Source of the DNA: Spirochaetia bacterium
GTDB taxonomy: Bacteria > Spirochaetota > Spirochaetia > SZUA-6 > Bin103
DNA length: 64,000 bases
Direction: 5' to 3'
Assembly (NCBI GenBank): GCA_965203905.1
Contig: CBDBDQ010000005.1
Location: forward strand, 4,896,001-4,960,000
Positions within the stretch are counted from its first letter, which is position 1, and the number at the start of each line of letters is the position of its first letter. A model generated the notes under the pieces. The model saw only the letters and a list, made by a program, of their open reading frames with translations. It searched no databases and had not been told where the DNA came from. Below are positions 40,106 through 49,647 of the stretch, one piece after another. Made by a program: the position numbers and the translations under genes.

Positions 40106-42181
40106 GCGTTCCTGATCCTCGAGAATACCTCGCTGGATCAGCTTCATGATGAGACTTGCCATCTTGGAGGCCGTGCAACCCCAGTCGTTGTTGTAGTTGG
40201 GCTTCGATGTTGTCCAGCGGTGATTCTGCGGGCAGCTTCCGAGTGTTGACACGGGCTCTTCCCTGACGTCCCCGGTGAACTGAAAATACGTGTGCCAGTT
40301 GACGAAGGCGACGAGGAAGTCCCGATAGGATTCGTTGCGGGTAACCTCGTATGCCCTGAGGAGCGCATCCCCCAGCTCGTTCCGGTTCATCAAGGCATGC
40401 CCATAGCGGCTCGGCCAGTTGCCATGGGTAATGCCGCCTGCGATCTTGCGGTCCATACCGTGATCTCCCAGGGTGACCTTGTAGGAGCCGCGGAGAAATT
40501 CCTCGTGCGGCTCCCAGAGGGCGAACAGGCAGAGCAGGATCGCGGCGAACTTGTCCACCAGTTGTCGATACCTCTCATCCCCGGTCAACTGATACGCGTC
40601 TGCGTATCCCCATACGATGTAGGCGACACCCGTTGGGTCGATCGCATTCGCATCGAGGTACAGCCAGTCGAGCTCTCCCTGCCCCCAGTGGGGGATCGTC
40701 TCGGCCAGGTGCGGGTAGGCATAATCCGCAAGTCTGAGAGCTGACTCTTGGTAGCGTTCGTCGTAACGTTCGTCGTCCGTCGCTCCATGGAGCTCAAGGA
40801 GGGCGCTTGTCATGTACAGGCAGGAACCGGGCTGAAACTCACGGATCACCCGAGCCTTCCCGTTCTCGAATGCCCAGAGCGAAGGCACGGATCCGTCCGT
40901 ATCCTGCACCCTGAAAAACCACTCGGCGATCTGCAGTGCGTGTTGCCGGTACCCGGGATCGCCCGTGAGGGTAGTGATCCTGGACAGGAAGTAGATCATG
41001 TAGGCGTTGTGGCAGGTCCAGATGATGTCCTGCTCCTGCTCCTGTCGCACGGGGCCTTGCACGCGGACGGCCGCCACGAAGGAGTCTTTCATGTCGCCCG
41101 GCGCTTGCCAGCTCACCGTAGCGTCGAGGCGGAACCGGGGATTCTCGATCCATCCTTTCAGCATCCGGATGGAGTGCTCGTCAATGAACCGTTTCGTCGC
41201 CTCGTCCGCATACAGGTGCCGGTACTGGTTGAAGGCGTAGATCATCTCCAGATCCCAGCAGCCGCTCCAACCCGGCCCCTCGCGGTCCTCGTCGATCACG
41301 AAATGCCTGGTCGACGGATCACCCCGAACCACGCCGTGATTGATGATGCCGTCCCCCTCGGCATGCCACTTCCTGGGGTCCTGCAAGGCCCGCATCACCA
41401 GGTCGACGTGCTTGCGCAATCCGTAGCGCGGTGCGAGAGGTTCCAGAGGCTGAATCCTCAGCACCTGCTCCATGGTGTCGTAGTAGGTGCCCTCCGCAAC
41501 CAGGAACGCGAAGTGCACCGAGACCGTCTCGCCGGCTGCCAGCAGGTTCTTCGAGTCGAAATCGGTATACCCGGGTGGAAGCTTCACATTGCACTCCAGC
41601 ACACCGACATCCGACATGTTGATCTCCAGCGCCTGGCAGCCGTCATACTTGCTGATCCCGGCCGAGTGATCGTAGGTGGATATGATCCACAGGGCAAGGC
41701 CCGTATCGCGATCGAAATAGCCCATCTGCGAAGGGCTGTAGAGCCAACTGAAATTGTCTATCGCCTCGTCTCGCTCAATCGCGACGCCATATCCGAAATG
41801 AGGTCTCTCGTTTGCACACGGAAGCTGCCAACTTATCTTTCCCATCAGACAGCCTTGTTTGGTTACCGTGTAGCTGCATGCCATCTGCAGCTCGGTGCCG
41901 CCGATTTCCTGGGTCCACGCCCATCGCAACGTGTCGTCTCCGATGGCGGTGGGCTGCACGCAAGACGGAATGCGGTAGACTCTCTCCCGCCACGAGACCG
42001 GACCAAACAGAAAGGCTCGAAAGCCCGTCCGTGCCGTCTCACCGGCCAGGCAGGCCCACCGGCCCTTCGCTGCGCGACCGAGAACCCGCAGCCGCCACTC
42101 GCTCTCTTCTCGAGTCCACTCCAGCTTGACGTTCCTGGTCTCGATGGAGGCTGGTTCCGGCGTTGACATCACCGTGGGCAT
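40100..42181 (-). CDS. Hypothetical protein, probable six-hairpin glycosidase-like helical domain
   Basis: 693 aa with repeats 'TGDPGY', 'TDDERY', 'TGDERY', 'TRNESY' typical of (alpha/alpha)6 folds. Confidence 0.6.
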   Translation of the reverse strand: MPTVMSTPEPASIETRNVKLEWTREESEWRLRVLGRAAKGRWACLAGETARTGFRAFLFGPVSWRERVYRIPSCVQPTAIGDDTLRWAWTQEIGGTELQMACSYTVTKQGCLMGKISWQLPCANERPHFGYGVAIERDEAIDNFSWLYSPSQMGYFDRDTGLALWIISTYDHSAGISKYDGCQALEINMSDVGVLECNVKLPPGYTDFDSKNLLAAGETVSVHFAFLVAEGTYYDTMEQVLRIQPLEPLAPRYGLRKHVDLVMRALQDPRKWHAEGDGIINHGVVRGDPSTRHFVIDEDREGPGWSGCWDLEMIYAFNQYRHLYADEATKRFIDEHSIRMLKGWIENPRFRLDATVSWQAPGDMKDSFVAAVRVQGPVRQEQEQDIIWTCHNAYMIYFLSRITTLTGDPGYRQHALQIAEWFFRVQDTDGSVPSLWAFENGKARVIREFQPGSCLYMTSALLELHGATDDERYDERYQESALRLADYAYPHLAETIPHWGQGELDWLYLDANAIDPTGVAYIVWGYADAYQLTGDERYRQLVDKFAAILLCLFALWEPHEEFLRGSYKVTLGDHGMDRKIAGGITHGNWPSRYGHALMNRNELGDALLRAYEVTRNESYRDFLVAFVNWHTYFQFTGDVREEPVSTLGSCPQNHRWTTSKPNYNNDWGCTASKMASLIMKLIQRGILEDQERA

Positions 42182-42271
42182 CTTGCGCTACTCGCCGTGG
42201 AGCATGGCCTGCGACCGGCCGTTGAGCAAGTGGCGCGAGTAGGGTAGGGTAGCCGGGTCCGGATCGGACTG

Positions 42272-42345
42272 GGGCAATTAGCTCAGCTGGATAGAGCGCT
42301 GGCCTCCGGAGCCAGAGGTCGTGGGTTCGAATCCCCCATTGCCCG
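42272..42345 (+). tRNA. tRNA-Arg(CCG)
   Basis: Acceptor GGGCAAT/ATTGCCC, D-arm GCTC/GAGC, anticodon arm CTGGC-CTCCGGA-GCCAG, TTCGAAT; one T-stem mismatch, CCA not encoded. Confidence 0.9.
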
Positions 42346-42449
42346 TTCGTAATTCGTTTTCTGACCAGCCGTTACCCGTGCGTCGTCGAATCGCTGGAGC
42401 CTGGCCACGCACTTGGCATCAACGTGCTGCCGTTTTTGGGCGACAGCAG

Positions 42450-42700
42450 CCATACGGGGCTGCACAGCCAGCCCAGACGCTCGGCGCCGATGCCCACTTC
42501 ATGTCGCTGCCGATGGTGGGTAGCTCGGCGGCGCTGCGCAACGCGCTGGCCAGGGAGGCCGGTATCCGTGAGGTCATCGATCGCTGGGATCATCTGGATG
42601 TTGTGTGCGTCGGTGTTGGCATGCTGCCGCCGGTTCCGAGCATGTCTACATCGGCGAGGAGTACGTTCCCAAGCTGATGGCGGCCGAAGCCGTGGAAAGC
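42450..42700 (+). pseudogene. SorC/DeoR-type sugar-binding regulator fragment
   Basis: 'AQTLGADAHFMSLPMV...LRNALAREAGIREVIDRWDHLDVVCVGVG'. Confidence 0.5.
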
Positions 42701-42728
42701 AGGCGCTCAACGCTGCGCGGCTTCGGCT

Positions 42729-42821
42729 GGCAACACGATCGTCGTGCTGCTGGCCGGCGGGGACAAACGAACCCAGAGTCGGGATATCGAGACGGCGTTG
42801 CGGCTCGCACGAAACCTGTAG
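42729..42821 (+). pseudogene. C-terminal remnant of an addiction-module killer (HI1419/HigB-like) toxin
   Basis: 'IVVLLAGGDKRTQSRDIETALRLARNL*'. Confidence 0.75.
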
Positions 42822-42830
42822 GTGGGCACC

Positions 42831-43163
42831 ATGAACAGGACCGTTACTACACCCTATGAAGTCGCCGAGCACCTCCGCGCGCCGGAGGAGATAGCCGCAT
42901 ATCTGGAAGCGTGTCTAGAGGAGGCCGACGGCGATGCGGCGTTCGTCGCCAAGGCGCTGGGCGATATCGCCCGTGCCAAGGGCATGGCGCAAGTTGCGTG
43001 CGATGCCGGGTTGTCCCGAGAAAGTCTCTACAAGGCGCTTTCGGGAGACCGCAATCCGACCCTGGAAACGGTTCTCAGGGTCATCGGAGCACTGGGCCTG
43101 AAGCTGCGCGCCGAAGTGGTACCTGATTCGGCCACGGCCGGACAGGGCGCCCCCGGCATATAG
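42831..43163 (+). CDS. Addiction-module antidote protein (HI1420 family HTH)
   Basis: 'IAAYLEACLEE..GDAAFVAKALGDIARAKGMAQVA..GLSRESLYKALS..NPTLETVLRV'. Confidence 0.9.
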   Translation: MNRTVTTPYEVAEHLRAPEEIAAYLEACLEEADGDAAFVAKALGDIARAKGMAQVACDAGLSRESLYKALSGDRNPTLETVLRVIGALGLKLRAEVVPDSATAGQGAPGI

Positions 43164-43369
43164 CCGTACGCGCACGCCGGCAGGCGTTGCGACCAGGGCG
43201 TCTGGAGGCGGTCGGCGCCCCGACTTGCGACAAGACCGTCAGCCATGACGGTCTGCGCCATGCTCGGTGCGGATCAGCAGCGAGGATGCGCTCGCCGTCG
43301 CGTAGTAGACAGTCTGCCGCATGGCCGTGCCACAGAACGGGGTCGCACCCCCCGTGCGTTGACCGTGCG

Positions 43370-43790
43370 TTGAATCGCCTCTTGCACTATCGTGGCGAGT
43401 GTGAGAATATGAGGGCTTGATGCGTCGCGGGACCAGCGCGCTCACCGCTCACCGCTCACTAGCCGCGCCGTTCCGACAGCTCGGCAGCGATGCTGAGCGC
43501 GGCACCATCGTTCCATCCGTCCCCAACGGCCGCCTACGACGGCCGCGTACGCACCCTTCACCAGCCGCCCGTGCCGGCGTTGCCGGCCGAACCGAAAGAA
43601 ACGGGCAACGGTACACCCGACCCGAAAGAGGAGGACCACTATGGTCCGATTTGTTTCACTGACACTGGCGTTCGCGCTGGTGGCAGCCTCTGCGTTCGCA
43701 GCGGGCGGTGGCGAAGCGCCGGCCGCCGCTGCCGAGAAGGAGATGGTGCTCGACCCAGCCACCGGCGAGGTGGTCACCGCGCCCGAATAG
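43370..43790 (+). repeat. Copy of the promoter, leader and 5' end of the SBP gene at 55989-56430
   Basis: Near-identical to the upstream region and first ~48 codons of ORF 56287; here ATG 43641 stops at TAG 43790. Confidence 0.88.
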
Positions 43791-43865
43791 ATGGAGGACG
43801 GAAAGGGCATTGTTGGAAAAGCGGTACGAGTGAGTATCGTCCCACCAATAGACGAGGAGACGAAG

Positions 43866-45884
43866 ATGAAGAAGTTGTTTGTATTGCTGCTCGGCTCGGT
43901 CATGTGGACCGCAGGAGCGTTCACTGCCGTTGCCGCCTCTCAGCCAGAGGAGGAGGCTGCCGCGATCGAAGAAGGCGAGGCGATTGGGGAGAGAGTCGGG
44001 CTCTATGCCACTTTGGCTGAATATGAAGAGCTCACGGGAGAGCGAATACCACAATTCAGCGAAGCTCCCATGCTTGAGACCAAGGTCGCCGCAGGAGAGC
44101 TCCCGCCTCTTGATGAGCGGCTTCCCGAAGAACCCATGGTGATCGAGCCCCTGGAGAGGATTGGCCGGTATGGTGGGACAATTAAGCTCGCCGGCGTGGG
44201 CCGGGAAAACATGGAAATGGGACACCTCAGACGGTTCTTGGGTCACACGAGCTATGACGGCAAGCGGATGGTTCCTTTTCTCGCCAGAGGTTGGGAGCAG
44301 GCAGGCGACTCCATGTCGCTCACGTTGTACTTGAGAAAGGGGCTGAAGTGGTCGGACGGCGCAAGCTTCACTGCTGATGATATCGTCTTCTGGTATGAGG
44401 ATATCGTCCTCAATAAGGAGCTCAGCCCAGCTGTACCGCAGAAGTGGGCGCCCGGCGGCGTACCGCTGACGCTGATCAAGGTAGATGACTACACGCTCCG
44501 ATTTGAGTTCGCTGTCCCGTATCCGCGCGCGAGCATGGTGGTTGCTGCAGAGGGTAGAGGGCTTCAACCCGAGCATTATCTCCGCAAGTACCACATCGAA
44601 TACAACGCGGATGCTGACAAGATCGCCAGAGAAGAGGGCCACGATCACTGGTGGCAGGCATTGAAGTCCCATACAGGTAGTGCCGTCGAATGGGATACCG
44701 ATCTGCCGTCTTTCTACCCCTGGGTACTGACGAGAATAGATGCTGGTCAGAACAGGTACTGGGAGCGGAACGCCTACTATTGGATGGTGGATACTGCTGG
44801 GAATCAGCTCCCATACATTGATGCAATTCAGTATACGGCGGTAGCGACACCCGAGCTCGTTGCACTCAACGCAATGGAAGGAGAGCTGACCAGTGCCGTC
44901 AAGGGATTGAGCTTCTCCGACTTCGCCGTCTACAAGAGAAACGAAGAATCGGGTGGCTACAAGATCCATCTATTCGATACGTCCAAATACTATACGGGAA
45001 CCGCTCTCGCGTATCTTTTCAACTACACTCACAAGGACCCCGTGTTGAAGGAGATCTTCAACGATCTTCGCTTCCGGCAAGCTACCTCTCTGGCAATTAA
45101 CCGTGAGGAAATAAGCAAGACCGTATTCCTTGGGAAGAACGCTCCTTACACTCTACCAGTACCTCCCACACGGACTGGCTACGAGGATTGGATGGGAACA
45201 GCCTACGCGGAATACGATCCTGCCAGGGCCAACGAGCTGTTGGATGAGATGGGTCTCGAATGGGATCAGGCTCACGAGTTTCGTCTCAGACCCGATGGGA
45301 AGCCCCTGCACTTCCTGCTCGAATACTCCCTGGAGTGGCTCGGAGCCTACCCCGGCCAGGTGCTGGAGCTGATCAAGGAGTACTGGGCAGAGGTCGGAAT
45401 CAACGTAACTCCCAAGTACATGACGGAGAAGCTCATTGGCGAACGAGCGGCGGCAAACGAAGCCGACACAGGCATTTGGGCCACGGAGTTTGCCGGCGAA
45501 CGGAGACAGTGGGCATCGTACCCCATATGGGTATCACCTCCCTGGCACTGGTATCCTGGCCTTGGAGCCGGCGGCCCAGAGTGGCGTACGTGGCACGAAA
45601 CGAAAGGTGCGCAAGGAGAGGAGCCTCCGGCGGAGATACGAAGGCTCTTCAATCTTGTCGATCAATGGCTCGCTAGCTCTTATGGATCAGAAGAATTCGC
45701 CACGGCGGGCAAGGAGATACTTACCATAAACGCCGAGGGGCTCTATCACATCGGCACGGTGGGTCCTGCTCCGCGCCTGGTGCTGAGAGCGAACAATCTC
45801 AGGAATTCGGTCAGAGACCAGGGCCACTTCATCGGCTGGTGGACCGGAGTCTACATAATGGAGCAGTGGTTTCTCGAGGAGTGA
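43866..45884 (+). CDS. ABC substrate-binding protein, family 5
   Basis: GAGGAG RBS, 'MKKLFVLLL', 'FSEAPML...GELPPLDERLP', 'GNQLPYID'. Confidence 0.92.
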   Translation: MKKLFVLLLGSVMWTAGAFTAVAASQPEEEAAAIEEGEAIGERVGLYATLAEYEELTGERIPQFSEAPMLETKVAAGELPPLDERLPEEPMVIEPLERIGRYGGTIKLAGVGRENMEMGHLRRFLGHTSYDGKRMVPFLARGWEQAGDSMSLTLYLRKGLKWSDGASFTADDIVFWYEDIVLNKELSPAVPQKWAPGGVPLTLIKVDDYTLRFEFAVPYPRASMVVAAEGRGLQPEHYLRKYHIEYNADADKIAREEGHDHWWQALKSHTGSAVEWDTDLPSFYPWVLTRIDAGQNRYWERNAYYWMVDTAGNQLPYIDAIQYTAVATPELVALNAMEGELTSAVKGLSFSDFAVYKRNEESGGYKIHLFDTSKYYTGTALAYLFNYTHKDPVLKEIFNDLRFRQATSLAINREEISKTVFLGKNAPYTLPVPPTRTGYEDWMGTAYAEYDPARANELLDEMGLEWDQAHEFRLRPDGKPLHFLLEYSLEWLGAYPGQVLELIKEYWAEVGINVTPKYMTEKLIGERAAANEADTGIWATEFAGERRQWASYPIWVSPPWHWYPGLGAGGPEWRTWHETKGAQGEEPPAEIRRLFNLVDQWLASSYGSEEFATAGKEILTINAEGLYHIGTVGPAPRLVLRANNLRNSVRDQGHFIGWWTGVYIMEQWFLEE

Positions 45885-45892
45885 GCACCGAT

Positions 45893-45970
45893 GAAGGGAG
45901 CTCCGCCCAGGCAGAGCTCCCTTCGAGAGCGTTCCACTGAGAGCTCTGCGGTAGGATGCGCAGAGCTCTC
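45893..45970 (+). promoter_or_regulatory. Two tandem stem-loops after the SBP gene
   Basis: GAAGGGAGCTC/GAGCTCCCTTC (45893-45924) and GAGAGCTCTGCG/CGCAGAGCTCTC (45939-45970). Confidence 0.6.
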
Positions 45971-46048
45971 TTCACCTCAGGAACATCAAGTCGTTTCGTT
46001 TTTTCCCTGGAGTTCGCGTAGCCATCACCTCAGAGGGGGAGATGAGGT

Positions 46049-47053
46049 GTGCTGAACTACATCATTCGCCGCTGCGCCTATATGTTCGCGGTCTTGTGGG
46101 TGTTGTCGATAGTGTCGTTCGTCATCATTCAGCTCCCGCCAGGCGATTTTGTCACCTCCTACGTCATGCGGCTCGCGCAAAGTGGTCAGCCCGTCGACGA
46201 AGCGGAACTTGCCTCGTTCAGGAAGCAATATGGGCTGGACATGCCAATGTACCGCCAGTACTTGCGGTGGGCGTGGAACATGGTCCGGGGGAATCTGGGA
46301 TGGTCTTTTCAACTGGAAAGACCAGTAGGCGAATTGATCGGCGAGCGACTGCCAATGACGGTGATCATTTCTCTGTGCACCCTCTTTTTCACCTATCTCG
46401 TGGCTATTCCAATAGGAATCTACTCGGCCACGCACCAATACTCCCTTGGCGATTTTGCCTTTACCACCGCCGGCTTTGTGGGTCTGGCCACGCCCAACTT
46501 CCTTCTCGCGCTGATATTGATGTTCATCTTCCTCAAGTATCTCGGCCTGAGCGCGGGCGGTCTTTTCTCATCTGAATACCTATGGGCACCCTGGAGCTTG
46601 GCCAAGTTCGTCGACATGCTAAAGCATCTCCCCATCCCCATAATCGTCATAGGCACCGGCGGCACGGCGGCGCTCATCCGTGTCATGCGCGGCTGCCTTC
46701 TCGACGAGCTCGGCAAGCAGTACGTCATAACCGCTCGCGCCAAGGGAGTCGAAGAGAGGACGCTACTGTTCAAGTATCCCGTACGCGTGGCTGTCAATCC
46801 GATAATAAGCACCATTGGCTGGACGCTCCCCGCCATCGTTTCTGGGGAGACCATTACTGCCATCGTGCTCAGCCTGCCTACGACCGGCCCGCTTCTCTTT
46901 AGCGCGTTAATGGCCGAGGACATGTACTTGGCGGCGAGTACCCTGATGATCTTGGGTTTTCTCACCGTCGTGGGGACCTTCGTTTCCGATATTCTTCTGG
47001 TTTGGGCAGATCCCCGGATTCGTTACGAGAGCAGGCAAGAGGCAGCGCGTTGA
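46049..47053 (+). CDS. ABC permease (DppB/OppB-like)
   Basis: Paralog of 26645..27640 with the same motifs. Confidence 0.92.
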   Translation: MLNYIIRRCAYMFAVLWVLSIVSFVIIQLPPGDFVTSYVMRLAQSGQPVDEAELASFRKQYGLDMPMYRQYLRWAWNMVRGNLGWSFQLERPVGELIGERLPMTVIISLCTLFFTYLVAIPIGIYSATHQYSLGDFAFTTAGFVGLATPNFLLALILMFIFLKYLGLSAGGLFSSEYLWAPWSLAKFVDMLKHLPIPIIVIGTGGTAALIRVMRGCLLDELGKQYVITARAKGVEERTLLFKYPVRVAVNPIISTIGWTLPAIVSGETITAIVLSLPTTGPLLFSALMAEDMYLAASTLMILGFLTVVGTFVSDILLVWADPRIRYESRQEAAR

Positions 47054-48162
47054 CGACAGAGAGGAGACTCAGCGCTGAGGAGGAATACTATGTAGCCACC
47101 CAGTGGCAGCTTATGTGGCGCAAGTTCAAGAAGCATAGGCTGGCCATAGTGGGAGCTAGCATACTGGGTCTCTTCTATTTCGTGGCTATCTTCTGTGAGT
47201 TCTTCTCACCTTACGATATATACAAGCGCTATCCAGACTACATTTACATGCCTCCGCAAAGAGTGCATTTCTTCGATGAGCAGGGGGGCTTTCATCCGGT
47301 GCCCTTCGTTTACGGAACCCAGCGCGAGGAAGATCCGGTAACCTGGGAGGTGAAGTTCGTCGAGGACAAGGAAAGGAAATACCCAATTCGCCTCTTCATC
47401 CGTGGTGATGAGTATGAGCTATGGAATCTGTTCTCCGCAGACATCCACTTGTTCGGTGCGACGGGGTCGGGAACGCTGTTCCTCTTTGGCACCGATGCCA
47501 TGGGTAGAGACCTGTTCTCTCGCGTTCTCTACGCCGCCCGTGTCTCCCTGTCCATAGGGCTGGTAGGGGTAGCACTTAGCTTCATTCTTGGAGTCATCCT
47601 GGGGGGAATCTCCGGCTATTTCGGTGGCGTCAGTGATACTGCCATCCAACGGATGATCGAGTTTCTCATCTCCATTCCGACCATCCCGCTCTGGATGGCG
47701 CTGGCGGCGGCCCTACCAGACGACTGGCCAGCGATCAGGGTCTACTTCGGTATCACGATCATTCTGTCTTTTGTGGGTTGGGGCGGCTTGGCCCGCGTCG
47801 TGAGGGGAAAATTCCTGGAGCTAAGGGAAGAGGATTTCACCATGGCGGCTATGATCGCCGGGGCAACGGAGGGAAGAATCATAGCGCGCCACCTGGTTCC
47901 TTCTTTCCTGAGTTACCTCATAGTGAGCCTGACCTTGGCGGTACCGACCATGATCCTGGGAGAGACTTCGTTGAGCTTTCTTGGCCTGGGCCTTCGCCCG
48001 CCTGCAGTGAGCTGGGGAGTCCTGCTGCACCAGTCTCAGAATATCCGCACTGTTGCCCTCTATCCCTGGCTTTTCATTCCGGCCATCTTCGTGATTGTCA
48101 CCGTTTTGGCCTTCAACTTCCTCGGCGACGGCCTTCGCGACGCCGCCGATCCGTATAAGTAG
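47050..48162 (+). CDS. ABC permease (DppC/OppC-like)
   Basis: Paralog of 27642..28814; TTG overlaps the upstream stop. Confidence 0.9.
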   Translation: MTTERRLSAEEEYYVATQWQLMWRKFKKHRLAIVGASILGLFYFVAIFCEFFSPYDIYKRYPDYIYMPPQRVHFFDEQGGFHPVPFVYGTQREEDPVTWEVKFVEDKERKYPIRLFIRGDEYELWNLFSADIHLFGATGSGTLFLFGTDAMGRDLFSRVLYAARVSLSIGLVGVALSFILGVILGGISGYFGGVSDTAIQRMIEFLISIPTIPLWMALAAALPDDWPAIRVYFGITIILSFVGWGGLARVVRGKFLELREEDFTMAAMIAGATEGRIIARHLVPSFLSYLIVSLTLAVPTMILGETSLSFLGLGLRPPAVSWGVLLHQSQNIRTVALYPWLFIPAIFVIVTVLAFNFLGDGLRDAADPYK

Positions 48163-48329
48163 GCGAAGCAGAGCATGCGGTTCGCCATCAACGGCGATTC
48201 GGCGAAATTGCCCTGGACGCCGCCCGGTGATCGACGCGCTGCTTCAAGATCCCAGCGTCTCACCGCCATTGTGACGCGACCGCACCACCGCAGCGCGCTC
48301 AACCGACATCCGGGTCTGTGTGCCGCGTC

Positions 48330-48390
48330 TATAAACCGGCAGCGTTAGTGACCCCCCATCGGCACTTTTGGGGAACCCCGGGGTCGGCAT
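48330..48390 (+). mobile_element. Degenerate IS21-like terminal sequence
   Basis: TATAAACCGGCAGCGTTAGTGACCCCCC... closely matches the reverse complement of 60643-60704. Confidence 0.6.
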
Positions 48391-48563
48391 CCCGACAACC
48401 TGCCCGAGAGACCGGAGTCTCGGGAGAGTTCACACTCGCGGAGATGCTGAAGCGGGCATATGTGTACGAGCCGATCCACCTGGAGGCCACGGCATCTTGA
48501 GTTCCGCACGACCAGTGCTCGCGTATTTGCGTGACCTCACTGCCAGGCGGTAGGGTTTGGGCT

Positions 48564-49466
48564 ATGAACCATCACGAGAAGTACTTCTTCGACCTGCGCG
48601 GGTACCTTGTCGTCAGAAACGCCCTGACCGCCGACCAGGTCGCCGCCTTGTCCGAGCAGTTCGAACGGGTGCGGGCCAAGGGCGCCAAGCGTCACTACGG
48701 GTCCGACCGAACCCGATTGCCGGACGATGCCGACCGGGCCTGGTCGTCGGCCTCGCTGCTCGAGTGGGGCGGTCCCTACATCGACCTCATCGACCTCCCG
48801 ACCATCGCGCCGTATCTGGACGAGCTCCTGGGCGTGGGCTACCGGCTCGATCACGACTACCTCAACGTCAACAATGCCGAGAACCACAGATCGCTCCATC
48901 TGCACGGGGGCGGGCAGGGCGCCGGCGGAGACACCACTCTGGTAGGCCCCACCGATGGTGGTCAGTGCTACTACCGCTACAACAACGGCAAGTTTTACCA
49001 CGGTTTGATCGCGGTTGCGTACGAACTGAACACGGTGCAGCCCGGCGATGGTGGTTTCGCCTGCATCGCGGGCAGCCACAAGGCCAACTTCGAGCTGCCG
49101 CCTGACTGGAAGAACAGCGCCACCCAGGACGAAATCCCGGAGGTTGTGGACGCCGTAGCTGTCGATGCGGGCGACGCCATCATCTTCACCGAAGCGCTTG
49201 CCCACGGAACCGTGCCCTGGAGGGGACCGAACGAACGGCGTACGATCTTCTACAAGTACACTCCGCACGCCGTGGCCTGGAGCCCGTGCTACTACAACGC
49301 TGATCACTATGGTGATCTTTCGGACAGGCAGCGCGTGATGCTGATGCCGCCGAGCGCTTACGGTCCCGACGAGCGCACCAGGGCCATCTGGAAGCGCGCC
49401 CAGGCTGAGCAAGCTGAGCTGGTGCGGTTGCGCGAGGAAGTCGCCGCTCTCAAAGGGTCGGCCTGA
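48564..49466 (+). CDS. Phytanoyl-CoA dioxygenase (PhyH) family protein
   Basis: 'YFFDLRGYLVVRNAL', 'GGFACIAGSHK', 'GDAIIFTEALAHG'. Confidence 0.88.
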   Translation: MNHHEKYFFDLRGYLVVRNALTADQVAALSEQFERVRAKGAKRHYGSDRTRLPDDADRAWSSASLLEWGGPYIDLIDLPTIAPYLDELLGVGYRLDHDYLNVNNAENHRSLHLHGGGQGAGGDTTLVGPTDGGQCYYRYNNGKFYHGLIAVAYELNTVQPGDGGFACIAGSHKANFELPPDWKNSATQDEIPEVVDAVAVDAGDAIIFTEALAHGTVPWRGPNERRTIFYKYTPHAVAWSPCYYNADHYGDLSDRQRVMLMPPSAYGPDERTRAIWKRAQAEQAELVRLREEVAALKGSA

Positions 49467-49647
49467 GCCACTGGATTCGGGACGAGGCGGAGCGCGCTTT
49501 GGTGGCCAACATCAACACCATCGAGCTGAGCATCGGGCGACGGAGGGTGGCGCCATGGCAGATGTCTCGCAAGGTGACATGACGGCGAGGGATGGAGCCC
49601 CGGTGGTTCTTTTCCGCGTTCTCTGCGGTGAAAGCCGTCTTGGCGGT

